Shown: piece by piece, positions 10,770 to 24,029 of the stretch
How the letters are laid out: every line of letters starts with the position of its first letter
Position numbering within the stretch: the first letter of the stretch is position 1
DNA from: Octopus sinensis
Taxonomy: Eukaryota
Assembly: GCF_006345805.1 (NCBI RefSeq)
Contig: NC_043008.1
Location: 79,546,001-79,610,000 of the forward strand
Direction: 5' to 3'
Length of the DNA: 64,000 bases
Notes under the pieces: model-generated
Databases searched by the model: none
Seen by the model: only the letters and a program-made list of their open reading frames with translations
Told to the model about the DNA's origin: nothing
Made by a program: the position numbers and the translations under genes

Positions 10770-13700
10770 TTATATAAAAACGAATGAATAAACAACACAA
10801 TGGACATTTTTTAAACAAATGGAGTAGGGCGGGTTTACGGACCCCACGAACTCCGCCTCTCACTGACCTCGGTTTTGGGGCTTATCTCGCATCCACGAGA
10901 GACCTTTTATACACGACATTCTTCCATCTTTCATCAAACACTTTCTTACTCAGGCACCTCCTCTCCAGCCCTATTTGTCTCTTTAGGTGGAACATAAAAA
11001 ATTCCACTAAACCAGGACCAGAAATGAAGTTGCCTGACATCAACCCTCTCATCCTTGTCTTCCATACTACCTGTTTCGCGACTGCTACCAGAGAGCGATA
11101 ACAATTCTTACCTTCTTTCGTTAAGAAATCCGGCGGGTCAATTTTCACAATGGATTCAGTCGATAGCCGTGCTCCTCCTCCACCTAACAACAGTTGTTCG
11201 GCACAAATCCACATGTCTGACACCGCCGGACACTGCACAATTGCGTGCGAGACGGTTTCCCTGTCTCGCCCACATCTTGGGCAGATCGGGGTGCCATGGC
11301 CACCATGCCTTGAGAGTTTATCCCGAACAGGTAAGGCACCTCGGTAACACTGCCATGCCAAGGACTTCTGAAAATTATCCAGGGTCCTCGGCTCGAATGT
11401 ACGTTGGAACAGTCTGGCCAGCTGATTATCGTCGAAACCTAGGGTCTCCCCTAATGTATCATCGCAACCGGCCTCTACAAACCCTCTATAGAAAACAGCG
11501 GTAGAACCACTGCCGCAGGCATTGCCCGAGCGACGGAAGAGTCGGAGTGCCTTGCGGCACTCTGTGTACCATGTACCCAACTTCGATCTACGATTATACC
11601 AGGCTTCCCGTCCACCGAAACTGGTGAACCTGGGAAACATCTGTTTCGCCATCGGAGACCACACCCGTTCACCATCCAGGTAGAGCCACAGATGCCTGAA
11701 CCTCAGCGCATCATTAGCCACGGCATCCCTAGTCCACCCTTTAACGGTCATTGACAACAAACAGAGCGTTTCACAAGCGGTTTCGAGCTCTTCCACAGGA
11801 AGCGGAAGAGCTGTCTTTCCAGCTTGGTTAACCACGAATCCGGACAAGGCACGACGGCGAGGCGGTAGGTGATCACCGATGCGATAAACACATTGGCTAC
11901 CTCCGCCCTACCTTTCAGGGATAACCACCGCTTTGACCAGGTCTTGACTGCGTGGGTCACCTTGCTCATTACCTCGTTCCAGTTCTTCTCTATTTGGAGG
12001 TCTGGTCCGAACCAAACCCCGAGCAACTTAATCGGACCCTCCGTCCAACGTCCCAGGATGTTGTCTGGAGGCATCGACTTGCCTCTCCAGGTGCCGAGTT
12101 GCAAGCCGACTGACTTTTCGCGATTAACTTTTGCTCCTGCCACCGTCTCGTAAGCCTCTATGGCCTTACCTACTTTACGTAGGAGGTCCACTTCGGTCAC
12201 GATGATAGTGATGTCATCCGCGTAAGCTGAAACCGACATTCCACAACCTGGTTGTCTCGGGATGCCGCTCAGTTTTCGTAGCAATGGCTCAAGAGACACT
12301 ACATACAAAAGCGGGGAGAGCGGACACCCTTGACGAACCAAGCATTTGACACTGAACGGCTTAGGCAGAAAGCCGTTCACCCGAACTACCGAGTCGACGT
12401 TGTCATACATTTCAATGATCCACCTGAGGAAGCCAAGACCTAGTCCGAACTGTGCCAGAACGGACACCAGGTAATGATGGTCGACCCTATCAAAAGCTTT
12501 CGATTGGTCTAAGTGGACCACTGCCCCTCCCTTGCCGGAATCGTTATTCATTCCCTCTATGGTATATCTAATCAGATGGAGATTATCCTGAATGGACCTG
12601 CCGGGTACGGCACATGTTTGTGCCTCCCCGATTAGTCCATCCACGACACGCGCCAATCTTTTCGATAACACTTTGGCCAAAATCTTCAGGACACCCCCCT
12701 TGTCCGAGTCCTTCCTGACTAGTGTCACTACTCCCCGACGTACAGATCTGGGAATAAACCCATTCTGCTGCCAGTTCGCATAGACGTTCGCCAGTAAGTC
12801 CCCGAACAAGTCCAGCATACTTTTATATAGCTCGTAGGATAGACCATCCAGTCCCGGCGCCCTACCCGCGCCGCAGTCAGCCATGGCCTCTATTACTTCC
12901 CCAGGCGTGATCGGCTCCTCCCTACACTTTGCATCCCGCTCCGAGAGGCGCGGCAGCCCGTCGAGGAAGTCCGTTAGGTCCCTCTTCCTATCCGGTCCGC
13001 CGCTCCCCCCAAAGAGCTGGGCGAAGTGGTCCTGAAAAGCTTCACACATCTCCTCGGGCTCGTCTATCACCTTACCTTGTTGGTTCGTCAAAGATCGAAT
13101 TGTAGCATCGTTGCCACGTTGGGCTTCCACCACTCGGGCCCATCTCGCGGTATTAATTCCTTCGCTCCCCATTGCATGTTGTCTAGTCCTGACAATGCAA
13201 CCCATGTGTTTGGCTTCGAGGTGCTGGTTTAAAACCAGTCTCTTGGACTTCACCTGAGCTGCAGTGCCAGTTCGCATTGCTTCCTCTAAGTCCTTAACTA
13301 ATGCTGATTCCCTTCTAGCCTCTCTAGCTACTAGACCTATACTATATCTAATAGACTCATATCTGATGGCTCGCTTGAGGGCATACCACCATTTGTTGTT
13401 AATAATGGATCCGGTCAATGCCCTCTGTATCAGTAACTTAATCCGGTCTCTGTACTCCTTAATCGCCAAAAGGGACGTATTAAGTTTCCAGTAGCTGGGA
13501 CCTCTATATAACTTATCTATGTCGATCCTACAGGTGACCATCTTGTGATCACTGTAGCTGACCATGTGAAGCTGTGGACGCTTAGCTATTTTTCTATCTA
13601 CTTTTCTAATTAATATTTTATCTATGTACGATCTGGAAGATCCGTCGCTGTTTGACCATGTCCACAATGGAGCGTTCGGATGTTCCAGTCTATATGGATC

Positions 13701-14150
13701 TACCAGCTCGAAACATCTTAGTAGATCCTGGAAGCAAGCATTTCCTTTCCTATCAGGTCGTGAGCCTACACAGTCTATCCGCACATCGTAAATTATGTTG
13801 AAGTCTCCTTGTATAGCTAAAGGATGCGATGTACTAAGAAACTTTTCCAGGTTCCGAAAATATTCGCTTTGCCCCGCTGTTATTTGGGGTGCGTAAATCG
13901 CAACCAGTCTGATTGTCTTACAACTGCTGAAAGTCAAGTCAACGATGACCAGTCTACCTTCTGGATCTGAAAAAATCAACTTTTTCTCAGAAACCCGGTT
14001 CTTTTTCTATAGGACCAACACCCCACTTCCGCCGGACGGACGGCCCGGAGAGATAATTCTCTCCTAACCGTCGAACAGCGGTAGCAGATCTCTTGGCCCC
14101 TTTAACCAGGCTTGTTGGTAGAGTTCAAGCATCATGATGCCCTAGGCTTC
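10770..14150 (-). mobile_element. L1/Tx1-clade LINE, nearly complete ORF2 (APE-RT-zinc finger), 5'-truncated
   Basis: ORFs 11748-13979 (AIYAP, GDFN, SYIDKILI, SDHKMV, RQGCPLSPLLY, SAYADD) and 10882-11847 (CPRCGRDRETVSHAIVQC); one frameshift and a short deletion at DKGG|VLKILAK. Confidence 0.92.
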
Positions 14151-14154
14151 GATG

Positions 14155-14720
14155 ACAGTCAACTTGCTAGCTTATACCAGAGAACATTCAGGCCAGGGCC
14201 TATAGATAATTCCAGAAGTCCTTGGCATGGCAATATTCCGAGGAGCCTTACATGTTCAGGATAATCTCTACAGGCATGGTTCTTCATCCACGCCAACTTG
14301 CCCAAGATGCAGGCAGAACAGTGAAACTGTTCTGCATGCAATTGTGCAGTGTCCAAAGATTTTGGAACTATGGGTTTATGTTGAGCAACTGAAGAGTACA
14401 ACTGTCACCTGAGTCTATAATTAAGATTGTTCCACCAACTTCTCTAAACAGGGAAGAGCAGGCTTGTTTCCTCTGTGTAGTGGTTATCACGAAGGAGGTA
14501 GTACAGAAGACATGAGTGAAAGGGATTGTGATGGGCATCTTCATCTCCAATCTTGGGTTGGCTAACTTTTCCCTTTTCCACCTGAAAAGGAAAATAAGGC
14601 TGGAGAGAAAATGCTTGTCACAAAAGGCATTTGAGAAAAGATGGAAGATTGTTGTGAGCATGCTGAGAGTGAATGAACCTAATTGAGTGAGAACAAAAGG
14701 AATAAAGCCCAAGTTTCAGT
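14155..14720 (+). mobile_element. L1/Tx1 LINE 3' fragment (zinc-finger end)
   Basis: ALHVQDNLYRHG...TCPRCRQNSETVLHAIVQCP; diverged from neighbouring Tx1 copies. Confidence 0.8.
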
Positions 14721-14794
14721 GTAGGTACGTGGTTTGTGGAGTTGGTCGCGTCCCTCACTCTATTCTGCTTCAATCCTCTCGATTTTCATATTTA

Positions 14795-16001
14795 TTAGGT
14801 CATCAAGTATGAAGTCTGTAGAAAAGAAAAAAAGTTTACTAATGTTTTATAAATACAAGGAACAGTTTTATTCATCAAAGTATGCACCCATATTGTCAAT
14901 ACTCTTTTCTCATTTCAGTGGTAGCTTGTCCAGCCTGGAACTGTAAAAGCCTGACAATCTAGAGGCAATAAAATCTTGGAAGGCCTGTTTTACAACAGCG
15001 GCGGAATTAAGTTTTTTTCCTATCAAAAAGTTATCCAAATTCTGGAAGAAATGGTAATCAGTGGGGGCAAGATCAGGTGCGTATGGTGGATGATGGAGAA
15101 CTTCCAACTCCAACTCTTTTTGCAATGTGTGGTCTGGCAATAAAACAAGAGTGGATCTGTTGACTAATCTAGGCTGTTTTTGTAAGTTCCTGCATCATTT
15201 GGTCCAGTTGGCTGCAGTATACTTTGGCTGTGATTGATGAGCCACACCACCAAGCACATGCCATCAACTTATTTTGATGAATTTTGCTTTTTGGACTCTG
15301 TTTTGATGGCTCATCTTTGCCCAACCATTGTGCTGAACATTTACAGTTGTTGTATTGGATCCATTTCTCATCACACATTATAATTCGATTAAAAAATGGT
15401 TCATTTTTGTAGCATAATGCAGGCTTCCAAATGTTGCTGTTTCTGATTTTTATTGAGTTCATGTGGAACCGACTTATCCAACTTTTTCACTTTACTGATT
15501 TGAACTAGGTGAGTCTATATTGTTTGCTTGCTAACACCAAACAACAACGATAATTCACGGGTACTTTGAGATTTATCTGACTCGACAGTGGCTTTCAGTT
15601 CGTCATTATCCACCTCTGTTTCTGGCCGACCATGTTGCTCATTTGTGAGGTCAAAGTTAACAGAATGAAATTTTGCAAACCAATTTGATACTGTTTGCTG
15701 TGTAACAACATTAAATTGAAATACTCCATTAATATTCCAAGCTGTTAGTGATGCTGTATTTCCAAGAAAGAACTCATATTCCAAAACTATACGAATTTCC
15801 GACTCATCCATCTCTAGACAAAAATAGCAAAACACGATTTATAAATACTTTATAAAGCACAAAATGAGTTAGAATAAAGAAATAGATGTGTCAGCTTTCT
15901 AACAAAAAATAAAGATTGTCAAAATAGAATAATGGCGCAAAATGAGCAGCTGTCAAAGTTTACCACATACCTTACTATAAATTTCATACTTGACGACCTA
16001 A
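14795..16001 (-). mobile_element. mariner DNA transposon, full-length, decayed transposase
   Basis: TIRs TTAGGTCATCAAGTATGAA / TTCATACTTGACGACCTAA flanked by TA; ORF pieces TVSNWFAKF...GRP, IIMCDEKWIQY, HPPYAPDLAPTDYHFF. Confidence 0.92.
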
Positions 16002-16199
16002 TATTTTACGTCTAACTTCATGTTGTTAATCATTCATCCCCCAACCCCTTGTCTGTCTCTGTAATGTTCTCTCTTTATGTAGACCAACTTGGTTAAATAA
16101 AAATTCGATTCTATTTTACTAAGTCCTACTTATTATTTGTATTATTTGTACTGCTTACTATTTGTATTAATTTTTTTATCACTTATTCACATACCACCA

Positions 16200-16800
16200 C
16201 CCCTCTCATGCACACACACACACACACACAACAGAGTGTCAAAGATAGGTACACACACACATTTATACAGAGAGAGAGCACACAACAGAATACACACACA
16301 CACCTATTCATGTTCACAATCACATATAGACATTCCCACTCCATCCACACACACACAATCACCCTCACCCATTCACACACCCTTCAGACAATGCACCCAC
16401 ACTCAACCTCACCCCTCTCACACATGTACATACACAACACATGCATGTACATATACCTCCAAACACACAACCACATATATACCTTCACACACACATACAC
16501 ATATACAGAAAGGGACAGTGACAGAGTGAGTGGAACACATATCCTCACCCACCCATTCACACATTCTTCAGACTGCCTTTCACATTTCAAACTGCCTTGA
16601 CTCACTACTGACCACCCCATCTACACACATGTGCAAAAGCATACACATACTGCTACAACCACCCATACATACACCTGTTACCATAGCTGCTGATCATTAA
16701 CAGACACACAGACCACTTGTAAACAGTTGATACCACACACTCAGTTACTGCCACACACACATACGCTACCATACACACCAACCATTCTTCACACTCTTTG
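16200..16800. repeat. CA-rich low-complexity region
   Basis: (CA)n and degenerate ACAC runs. Confidence 0.85.
16521..16663 (+). repeat. 143-bp direct repeat, second copy at 17875-18017
   Basis: ACAGAGTGAGTGGAACACATATCC...GCTACAACCACC near-identical at both sites. Confidence 0.85.
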
Positions 16801-16899
16801 TCCATCTACTTCCAGTCATTTCAAAAATATAACTACACATGGACTGTTGGTGATTTTTTCCCTCCTTTCTTTCTTTTGGACTTTCCTACATCTCATCTC

Positions 16900-16934
16900 G
16901 TTTTCGAAGAACAGCTATGCTTGAAATGTAAAGC
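16900..16934 (+). ncRNA. Degenerate hammerhead-like motif in a pseudo-LTR-like fragment
   Basis: TCGAAGA-ACAGC tat GCTT-GAAA-TG-TA; core box mutated. Confidence 0.3.
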
Positions 16935-17051
16935 AACCACTCTTTCTTTCCTTCTCTGAGCATCTCATTAATACTTTGCATATACTATATCTTCACATTG
17001 TTGTTTTTATCGTAATCTTTTTTCTGTTTTTTTTTTAAATTAACTATATAT

Positions 17052-17719
17052 ATCAAAATAAGCAACAGGATATCAAGTAGTGATGCAGTACGACCTTTTC
17101 AAATACATCCATTTAATTGAACAATGCAATCATTACATCAGCAGTGCCATCTTCAGCTGCACAAATGAATACATAGAATTTTAACCGGTAGGACACATTA
17201 ATATAAGTTTTCTCAAATGTTGTAAGAGCAAGAAGATGGAAGAAATTCATGTTGTCACTATTATTGTAGCTAAGAATAGACTACAGTTCCAAGAATCACA
17301 TGAAGCCTATTGGGGTCATAGGGATTGTAATTCATTTATCTCTTCATCGACTATTAAATCTAAGACTAGAAGAGTGTCTTCTAGTCTTAGATTTAGTAGT
17401 TGATAGAGATAAATGAATTAGAATAAATTACAATCCCTTATAACACTATGATCCCAACAGGCTCATGCGATTCTTGGAAGTGTAGTCTATTCTTAGCTAC
17501 AATAGCAACAACATGAATTTCTTCCAAGAATGTTCTGTTAAAATATTTGAGAAAAATTATATTAATGTGTCCTACTGGTTAAAATTCTATTCATTTATTA
17601 GTGCAGCTGAAGATGGTACTGCATTTAAATTGATGTAATGATTGCATTGTTTAGTTAAATGGATCCGCTTGAAACGGTCGTACTGCATCACTACTTGATA
17701 TCCTGTTGCTTATGTTGAT
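17052..17719. repeat. 668-bp imperfect palindrome (head-to-head non-coding units), hammerhead in each arm
   Basis: Arms 17052-17373 and 17377-17719 are reverse complements around a 3-nt loop (GACTAGAAGA gtg TCTTCTAGTC). Confidence 0.85.
17602..17687 (+). ncRNA. Type-I hammerhead ribozyme with enlarged stem II (mirror copy 17084-17161, minus strand)
   Basis: TGCAG-[CTGAAGA]-57 nt-[GAAA]-CGGTCG-[TA]-CTGCA; core boxes and stem I conserved in both diverged arms. Confidence 0.6.
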
Positions 17720-18179
17720 TTATTCACCTTACTTCAAGCTTGCAGATAATACCAGACTGACTTGCTGCTTCGACTTAAGAACCTAATTCAACTGAATCTT
17801 AATTATTTCTTATGTATATATTTATTTATTGGGCTTCTTCCTCAGAGTGAAAGCAGATTGTATGATGCCTGTGTACAGAGTGAGTGGAACACATATCCTC
17901 ACCCACCCATTCACACATTCTTCAGACTGCCTTTCACATTTCAAACTGCCCTGACTCACTACTGACCACCCCATCTACACACATGTGCAAAAGCATACAT
18001 ACACTGCTACAACCACCTGGGAGAAAAGCAAGAGTACCTGACAGCACTCTGCTTGTTAAGCACCCAACTTCAGTCCATGGATTCAGTTCACTAAAAGAGG
18101 TGAACCATGGAAGCAACAATCTGAAGAATGGAGACAACACCTGCTCACTGTCCATGTAGCATCAAAGATGCCTCAGCTT

Positions 18180-18570
18180 CTGCACATTTTTAGCCTCCAC
18201 TTCAGTGGTTGTACAGCAATGCTACAGATGACTTGTGAAGGCTTGAAAGAAATGAAGCAAGCATGCTCTGCTGTGCATATGCAACAGAGTGTAAATGATT
18301 TAAGATGAAAACTGAGTATAAGAAGCATCAGATGTTGTGTGCAAGAGAGAAGACTGTGCTGGTTTGATCATGTGATGTGTATGGATGAGAACATCTGCTG
18401 AAAGAAGTGCCAATCTCTAATTGTGGAAAGAATGTGTGGAAAGGGTAGACCCAGGAAGATGTGGGACGAAGTGGTGAGAGGGGATCTTCAAACACTGGGC
18501 TTCACTAAGGTGACAAGGAACCAAGACTTGTAGCAATTTGCTGTACATGAGAAGACATGTCAAGCTCAGT
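18180..18570 (+). mobile_element. RTE LINE 3' ORF fragment
   Basis: IRSIRCCVQERRLCWFDHVM...GKGRPRKMWDEVV. Confidence 0.75.
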
Positions 18571-18879
18571 AAAATCACCTTAGTGGTGGAGGAGATATAC
18601 TGGTGCTTCAGTAGGGATAAGCAAAGTAAAGTGTGGATGGAGAGAACAGTATTAATAGATGAATAATAGTTCTATTTAGCAAGACAAATATGTGCTGCAG
18701 TTAGAGGAATGAGATGTCATAGGGGTTGATTTGAGGATGAGGTTGAATGAAAGGACGATTTGTGCATACACACACATGAATATCATCATTTATGTATATG
18801 TATGCAGGCACACAGTGCTTCCAGAACTCAGTTTCATCTAAGTAGGAGAGTCTTCTCGAGAACTGCATATTGCCAGTCA

Positions 18880-19395
18880 GTCCAGTCCTTTGTCATGAAG
18901 CTCAGGTCTTGAGGTTAGCCATCATAACTTCATCCCATGTCTTTCTAAGCATCCCACTTCTACAAGCTCTAACCAGGTCTTCTTTATAAGCTGTTCTCAT
19001 CCTTGTGCATCATATATCCATACCAGCTCAGTCTTCTTTCTTGCAGATTACATTCTTCTTATGTCCAGTTTTTCTCTCGGCACATTTGTACTATGTCATT
19101 CATGCACATTACATTGCATATCCAACAGAGCATACTCTCATCATTTGATTCCATTCTCAAGTCCTGTACATTCAAGGCCCATGTATCACTACCATGCAGC
19201 ATTGCTGTTCTAACAAGAGCATCACAGAATATGTCATTCAATCTGAAATAATAAACTTTTGTTGCCAACAGTGGAAGTAGCCCCCTGAACTTTCTCTTAC
19301 CTGTTCCCACTCTGACTACTATACTTTCAGAGCCACCACTTCTCTTCCCAATTTCATCTAGATACCAAAATTGAGTACAGCCCTCATAAGCCATT
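18880..19395 (-). mobile_element. RTE LINE fragment
   Basis: FWYLD...GGSESIVVRVGTGKRKFRGLLPLLATK, VRTAMLHGSDTWAL. Confidence 0.75.
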
Positions 19396-19569
19396 AATCA
19401 ACAAGTACAACCAGAGCAAGAAAGAGAGAGAGAGAGAGAGTGAGTGTGTGTGTGTGCATGTAATTATTCAGTTTTATTTCAAGATTTCTTGCAAATAGAG
19501 AGCCGGTTTCTAACCTGTATACAAGGCTCTTTCATTGAAGTTTCAACATCAGCAGCATGGATGGGTATG

Positions 19570-21790
19570 TATGTATATGTGCAAATTTGTATGTTTTGTT
19601 TTATGTACGTCTTATAGTTGCATTTCATTTTCATCTTCTGCAATGCATTCCATATCATTCTAGCTAACACATCATGTCTCTTGGAGACATAGTAACAAGA
19701 AGACATTCTTTCACAGTTGGCAATAATGTTGCTAACATGTTCAATCTGTTTTACACAGCTTACATTTCAGTGTCACAATACATGCTTCATATGACATCAA
19801 TACAAATTTGAGACCACAGCCATCATCCTTGTGCAAGAAGTATAGCATGTGTACATCCCCATTTATATTGAAGTTTCCTGCAACACTGAGCAGCAGCAAC
19901 TTCGAACATCTATCTCATTGAGTTCACTGAGTACAGAAGGTCAAATGTAGTGTGAAGACAGGCATTGGAAAGGTGTTGTAGGCAATATGCTTGTTGTGAG
20001 CTGAGATGAACATATTTTCTTTACTCTCCTGAGGTATTCACTCTTGGTCTCTTCTTTATTTATGGGTCCATCATATCTGACATTCTCATCTTGTCCAAGA
20101 CACTCTTGTCCTTTTTAGGTTTTCGGAGGTTTTCATTGTCTAAAATACACTTTTGGACTCAAGAAATTTTATTCCAATGTCTGTAGAAAATTGGGTAATA
20201 AAGTCCAATTACTTTTTCATATGGTTGATATTTGGCCCATAGTCTCAGGTTGTTGACAAAGAAAAGATGGGAAATACTTCTGGACCCATTTCTGTGGTCA
20301 TTATGTTTTGTGAGCAGGTAAGATAGTGGATTTAAAAAAAACAAAGAGCAACACCAACAGGCTATCATCCTGAAAGTCCCTTTTTGGTAGTGAACATTAT
20401 CCAACTCAATTTGCTTTTTATCACTCCTAAGGAGCAAAATGGTATACCAAGTCTTGGTCAGGTGTTCAATGGCACTCATTAGTTGTGGGACTTTGGCTAA
20501 CTGTAAAGCTCTCATAATCCAACTATGTGGTATACTATCAAAAGCCTACTGGTAGTCTAGCCACACTATAGTTAAATCCCTCTGGTTTTTTTACTGTTTT
20601 TTCTGGATCATTTTGTTAATTAGTTGTGGCTGTATTCAGCCCTCCTTTTCTCTGTCTTATACAGGTGTTATAATGTTGTGATACAATGATCCTGCAAGAA
20701 TAGATTGAGGCACCCAGTGTATAATTTGTACATGATGTTCTGGCAGGCTATCGGGTGGTAATTTGTAGCAAGGCTGGTTTGGCTATTTTGAGAGCTGTGA
20801 ATAGTTGTAGTTGATAACTATTGGAGCAGTTTTTGTGTGCCCTTGATACTTTCTCCATATAGTCGTATAAGATCTCACTGATCAAAGGTGAAATTCTTCA
20901 GCTAATAGCCTATTATGAGGTCTGGCCTAGTGATTTTCTATAGAACTGTTTCCAGTATTTTGCCATCATATTGCTTTTGCTGAACATGCAGGAAGTTGTG
21001 CTCCAGTTCTTTTAGCCATACGGCTTCTTTGTTGAACCCATTATGTTTCCTATACAGACTTCCAGTAGCCCTCAACCTGATTTTTTGTGGTGGTGCCTTT
21101 TACATTGAAGTTACAATAAACTGACTTGGCATCTCTATCAAATAATTTATTGAGCTTTTGCTGTTATATGCTATAGATTTATATTTTAGTTTTTCAGTTG
21201 TAGCTGAGAAACTGTTTCAGCTGGTGTAGTTTGGAGTTTAGGTTTTTGAATTCTGTATCACCAAATCACATCTAGTTTTTTTTCTGAGGTCACAAGACAT
21301 TGTTCTCAATGTTACATTTCATAACTACAACAACCTGTGAGATACTTTTTTGCAGGATAAAATATTAAGTTACATGACCATACTGGTTCAGGTTTTCTGT
21401 TTGAATCTTGTTTGCATGGCTTCAGCCCTTAACAATACACTAGTAATATAATAGCTGAGACATATATCAAACGGCCTCTTATTCTAATTTTGTGGGTTCT
21501 TTACTGATACTGGTGTTTTATGGCGTGTCATTCAAATTAAGGTTGTGAACCTGTTGAAACATTGTTCTAGATCACTTGTAAGATGTCCACAAATTTTTGG
21601 TGTTCTTTAATATCTGTATGGATTTCAGCTAAATTATTAGTTATTAATATCTGTATGGATTTCAGCTAAATTATTAGTGTACTGCTAGATTTAGCTGACT
21701 GTTTTATTTGTCCATCAGTGGAAATAAGATGATTATCTTCAATAGCTGGCTTTAAAGTGTCAGCCTGTTTTGAATCAGACATGTCCATTA
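19570..21790 (-). mobile_element. Old R4/Dong-like (RLE-type) non-LTR retrotransposon
   Basis: YQKGTF..LFFLNPLSYLL..ISHLFF (RT motifs 4-5) and YYVSKRHDVLARMIW after a CCHC-like region; heavily decayed. Confidence 0.6.
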
Positions 21791-21939
21791 GATGTATCAA
21801 TTTACATCTAATTATATCATTTTGCTCTTTCATTTAAATGTTTTGAAGAAAAATCTAATTCTACGTGTTTTGAGTTCCACACATCTTTTAGCCTTTGCGA
21901 AGACCTGGTAACTAAAGTGAGATCGCAGCCACACATGTC

Positions 21940-22480
21940 CGGCCCTGTTAAGAATACCCCTGATGTGTCAGGTGATATGATATGCTTGAGAAGACTTGTT
22001 AAGTCATGTAAAACCAATATCATAGCTGAGGCCAGTGCCCCTGACTGGCTCCCATGCCAGTGGCACGTAAAAGGCACCATCCAAACATGGTCGGTGCCAG
22101 GTCTGCCTAACTGGCTCCTGTACCGGTGGCATGTAAAAAGCACCCACCGAACGTGGTCAATGCCAGGTCTGCCTGACTGGCTTCCATGCCAGTGACACTT
22201 AAAAAGCACCACCCAATTGTGGTCAATGCCAGTACCCACTGACTGGCTCTCGTGCTAGTGGTACGTAAAAAGCACCATCTGAATGTGACTGATGCTAGGC
22301 CTACCTGATTGGCTCATGTGCTGGCAGCATGTAAAAAGCACCCACTACACTCTTGGGCATCCAGCTGTAGAAACATTGCCAGATCAGATTGGAGCCTATT
22401 GCAGCTGCTGGCTCTCCAGACCTCAGTCAAACCATCCAATCCATGCCAGCATGGAAAATGGATGTTAAATGATGATGTGC
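21940..22480 (+). mobile_element. RTE 3'-UTR fragment with minisatellite array
   Basis: Repeated GTAAAAAGCACC units; ends GGATGTTAAATGATGATG. Confidence 0.7.
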
Positions 22481-23084
22481 TTCACATAAATCGTTAAGAT
22501 CATAGGTCCATTGTATACAATGATTGTAGTCACAGTTTGGTCAAAGGAGTCATATATTTAGCCATGATGATTTTGTCTATTCATTGATATTTGTATTTGT
22601 TTTTCAAAATAGACTGATCTTCTTTAAAAGTTTCAAAAAGTTTTGTCAGAATTAAATTTTAAATTGTTCACAGCTTAGATAATCTTTCCTTTCAGGTTGT
22701 TCTCAATTGTACAATTTTATTTAATAGTACACATTGAGAAATATTTGTCTTTCTCGTGAACTGTTTTGAAATGTTACTTGACTTATTTCTTTATGTGTGT
22801 ATTCTTACAATACTGTTTACATAAATATGTTAAGGTGTATGTATCATTTACATAGATATGCTACAGTAGATGTACTGTTTAAAACACTTATGTAGAAATA
22901 TTCGTATGTAATCTTACTACACTTTGTATCTCAACTTGACATCACATTTTGTATGAGTGTGTGTGTGTTTCCACATTATGTACATTATTAAACACACACA
23001 CATCTACACATACATGACGACTGACAAATAAAATGAAATGAAAAGCTATGCATGTGTTTGCGACACACACACATCCACATGACA

Positions 23085-23530
23085 TCATCATCTTTGTTTA
23101 ACGTCCACTTTCCATGCTGGCATGGGTTGGACGGTTTGACTGAGGGCTGGTGAGCCAGAAGGCTGCTCTAATCTCCAATCTGATCTGGCAAAGTTTCTAC
23201 AGCTGGATGCCTTTCCTAACGCCAACCACTCTCAGAGTGTAGTGGGTGCTTTTATGTGCCACCGGCACGAGGGCCGGTCACAAGGTACTGGCATTGGCCA
23301 TGTTCAAATGGTGCTTTTATGTGTCACCTGCACAGGAGCCAGTCTGGTAACAATCATACACAAATAGTACTTTTTTACATGCCACCAGCATGGAAGCCAG
23401 TCAGCGGCCCTGGCAGCGATCACTCTCAAATGGTGCTTTTAACATTCCACTGGCACAGGTGCCAATCAGGCAGTACTGTCATCGGCTACATCAATGATTT
23501 CACTTGCCACAATAGGTCTTTGCAAGCATA
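23085..23530 (-). mobile_element. RTE 3'-UTR fragment with minisatellite array
   Basis: CATCATC...TTTAACGTCCACTTTCCATGCTGGCATGGG at 23085 onward. Confidence 0.7.
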
Positions 23531-24029
23531 ATTGTCCAATGATTGAAGGGTACTTTTAAATGCTCTGGTTATACAACTTACAAAATCAATAAGATGAAAA
23601 GCTATATGTGTCTATCTTACTATATGTATGTGACAGTGTATATCTATGTGTGTGTTTCTGCATTAGGTACATTATTAAACACACACACACATGTAACGAT
23701 TGACAAATGCGTGAATGTACGTCTGTCTTGGTATATGAATGATAATTTTATTTTCATATGGATTAAAACACACAGCTACACATACATATGTAACAACTGA
23801 CAAAACAAATGATGTGAAAAGCTATGCATGCGTTTGCAATACATCTACATCTACATTGCAAAACATCTACATCTACATATACATGTGATGACTGACAAAA
23901 ACAATGAAACAATGAGGTGAAATGCTATGTATGTGACTGTCATTACATTTTGTATATCAATGTGTCTGTGAGTATGCATGTTTGCGCATTCATTTGGTAT
24001 GTTATTAAACTCACACACACAATCTATAC

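Noticed and set aside
10770-14720. Twin-priming inversion of one L1/Tx1 element
   Set aside because: The plus-strand 3' fragment is clearly diverged from the minus-strand copy, so they are independent insertions
16137-16924. Several overlapping 65-130 aa ORFs
   Set aside because: Products of (CA)n low-complexity sequence (HT/CV repeats)
21609-21678. 33-bp tandem duplication
   Set aside because: Ordinary slippage or repair duplication in decayed LINE sequence
21990-22340. Repeat-spacer-like array resembling CRISPR
   Set aside because: Units are degenerate tandem copies without unique spacers, lie in an RTE 3' UTR, no cas genes, eukaryotic context
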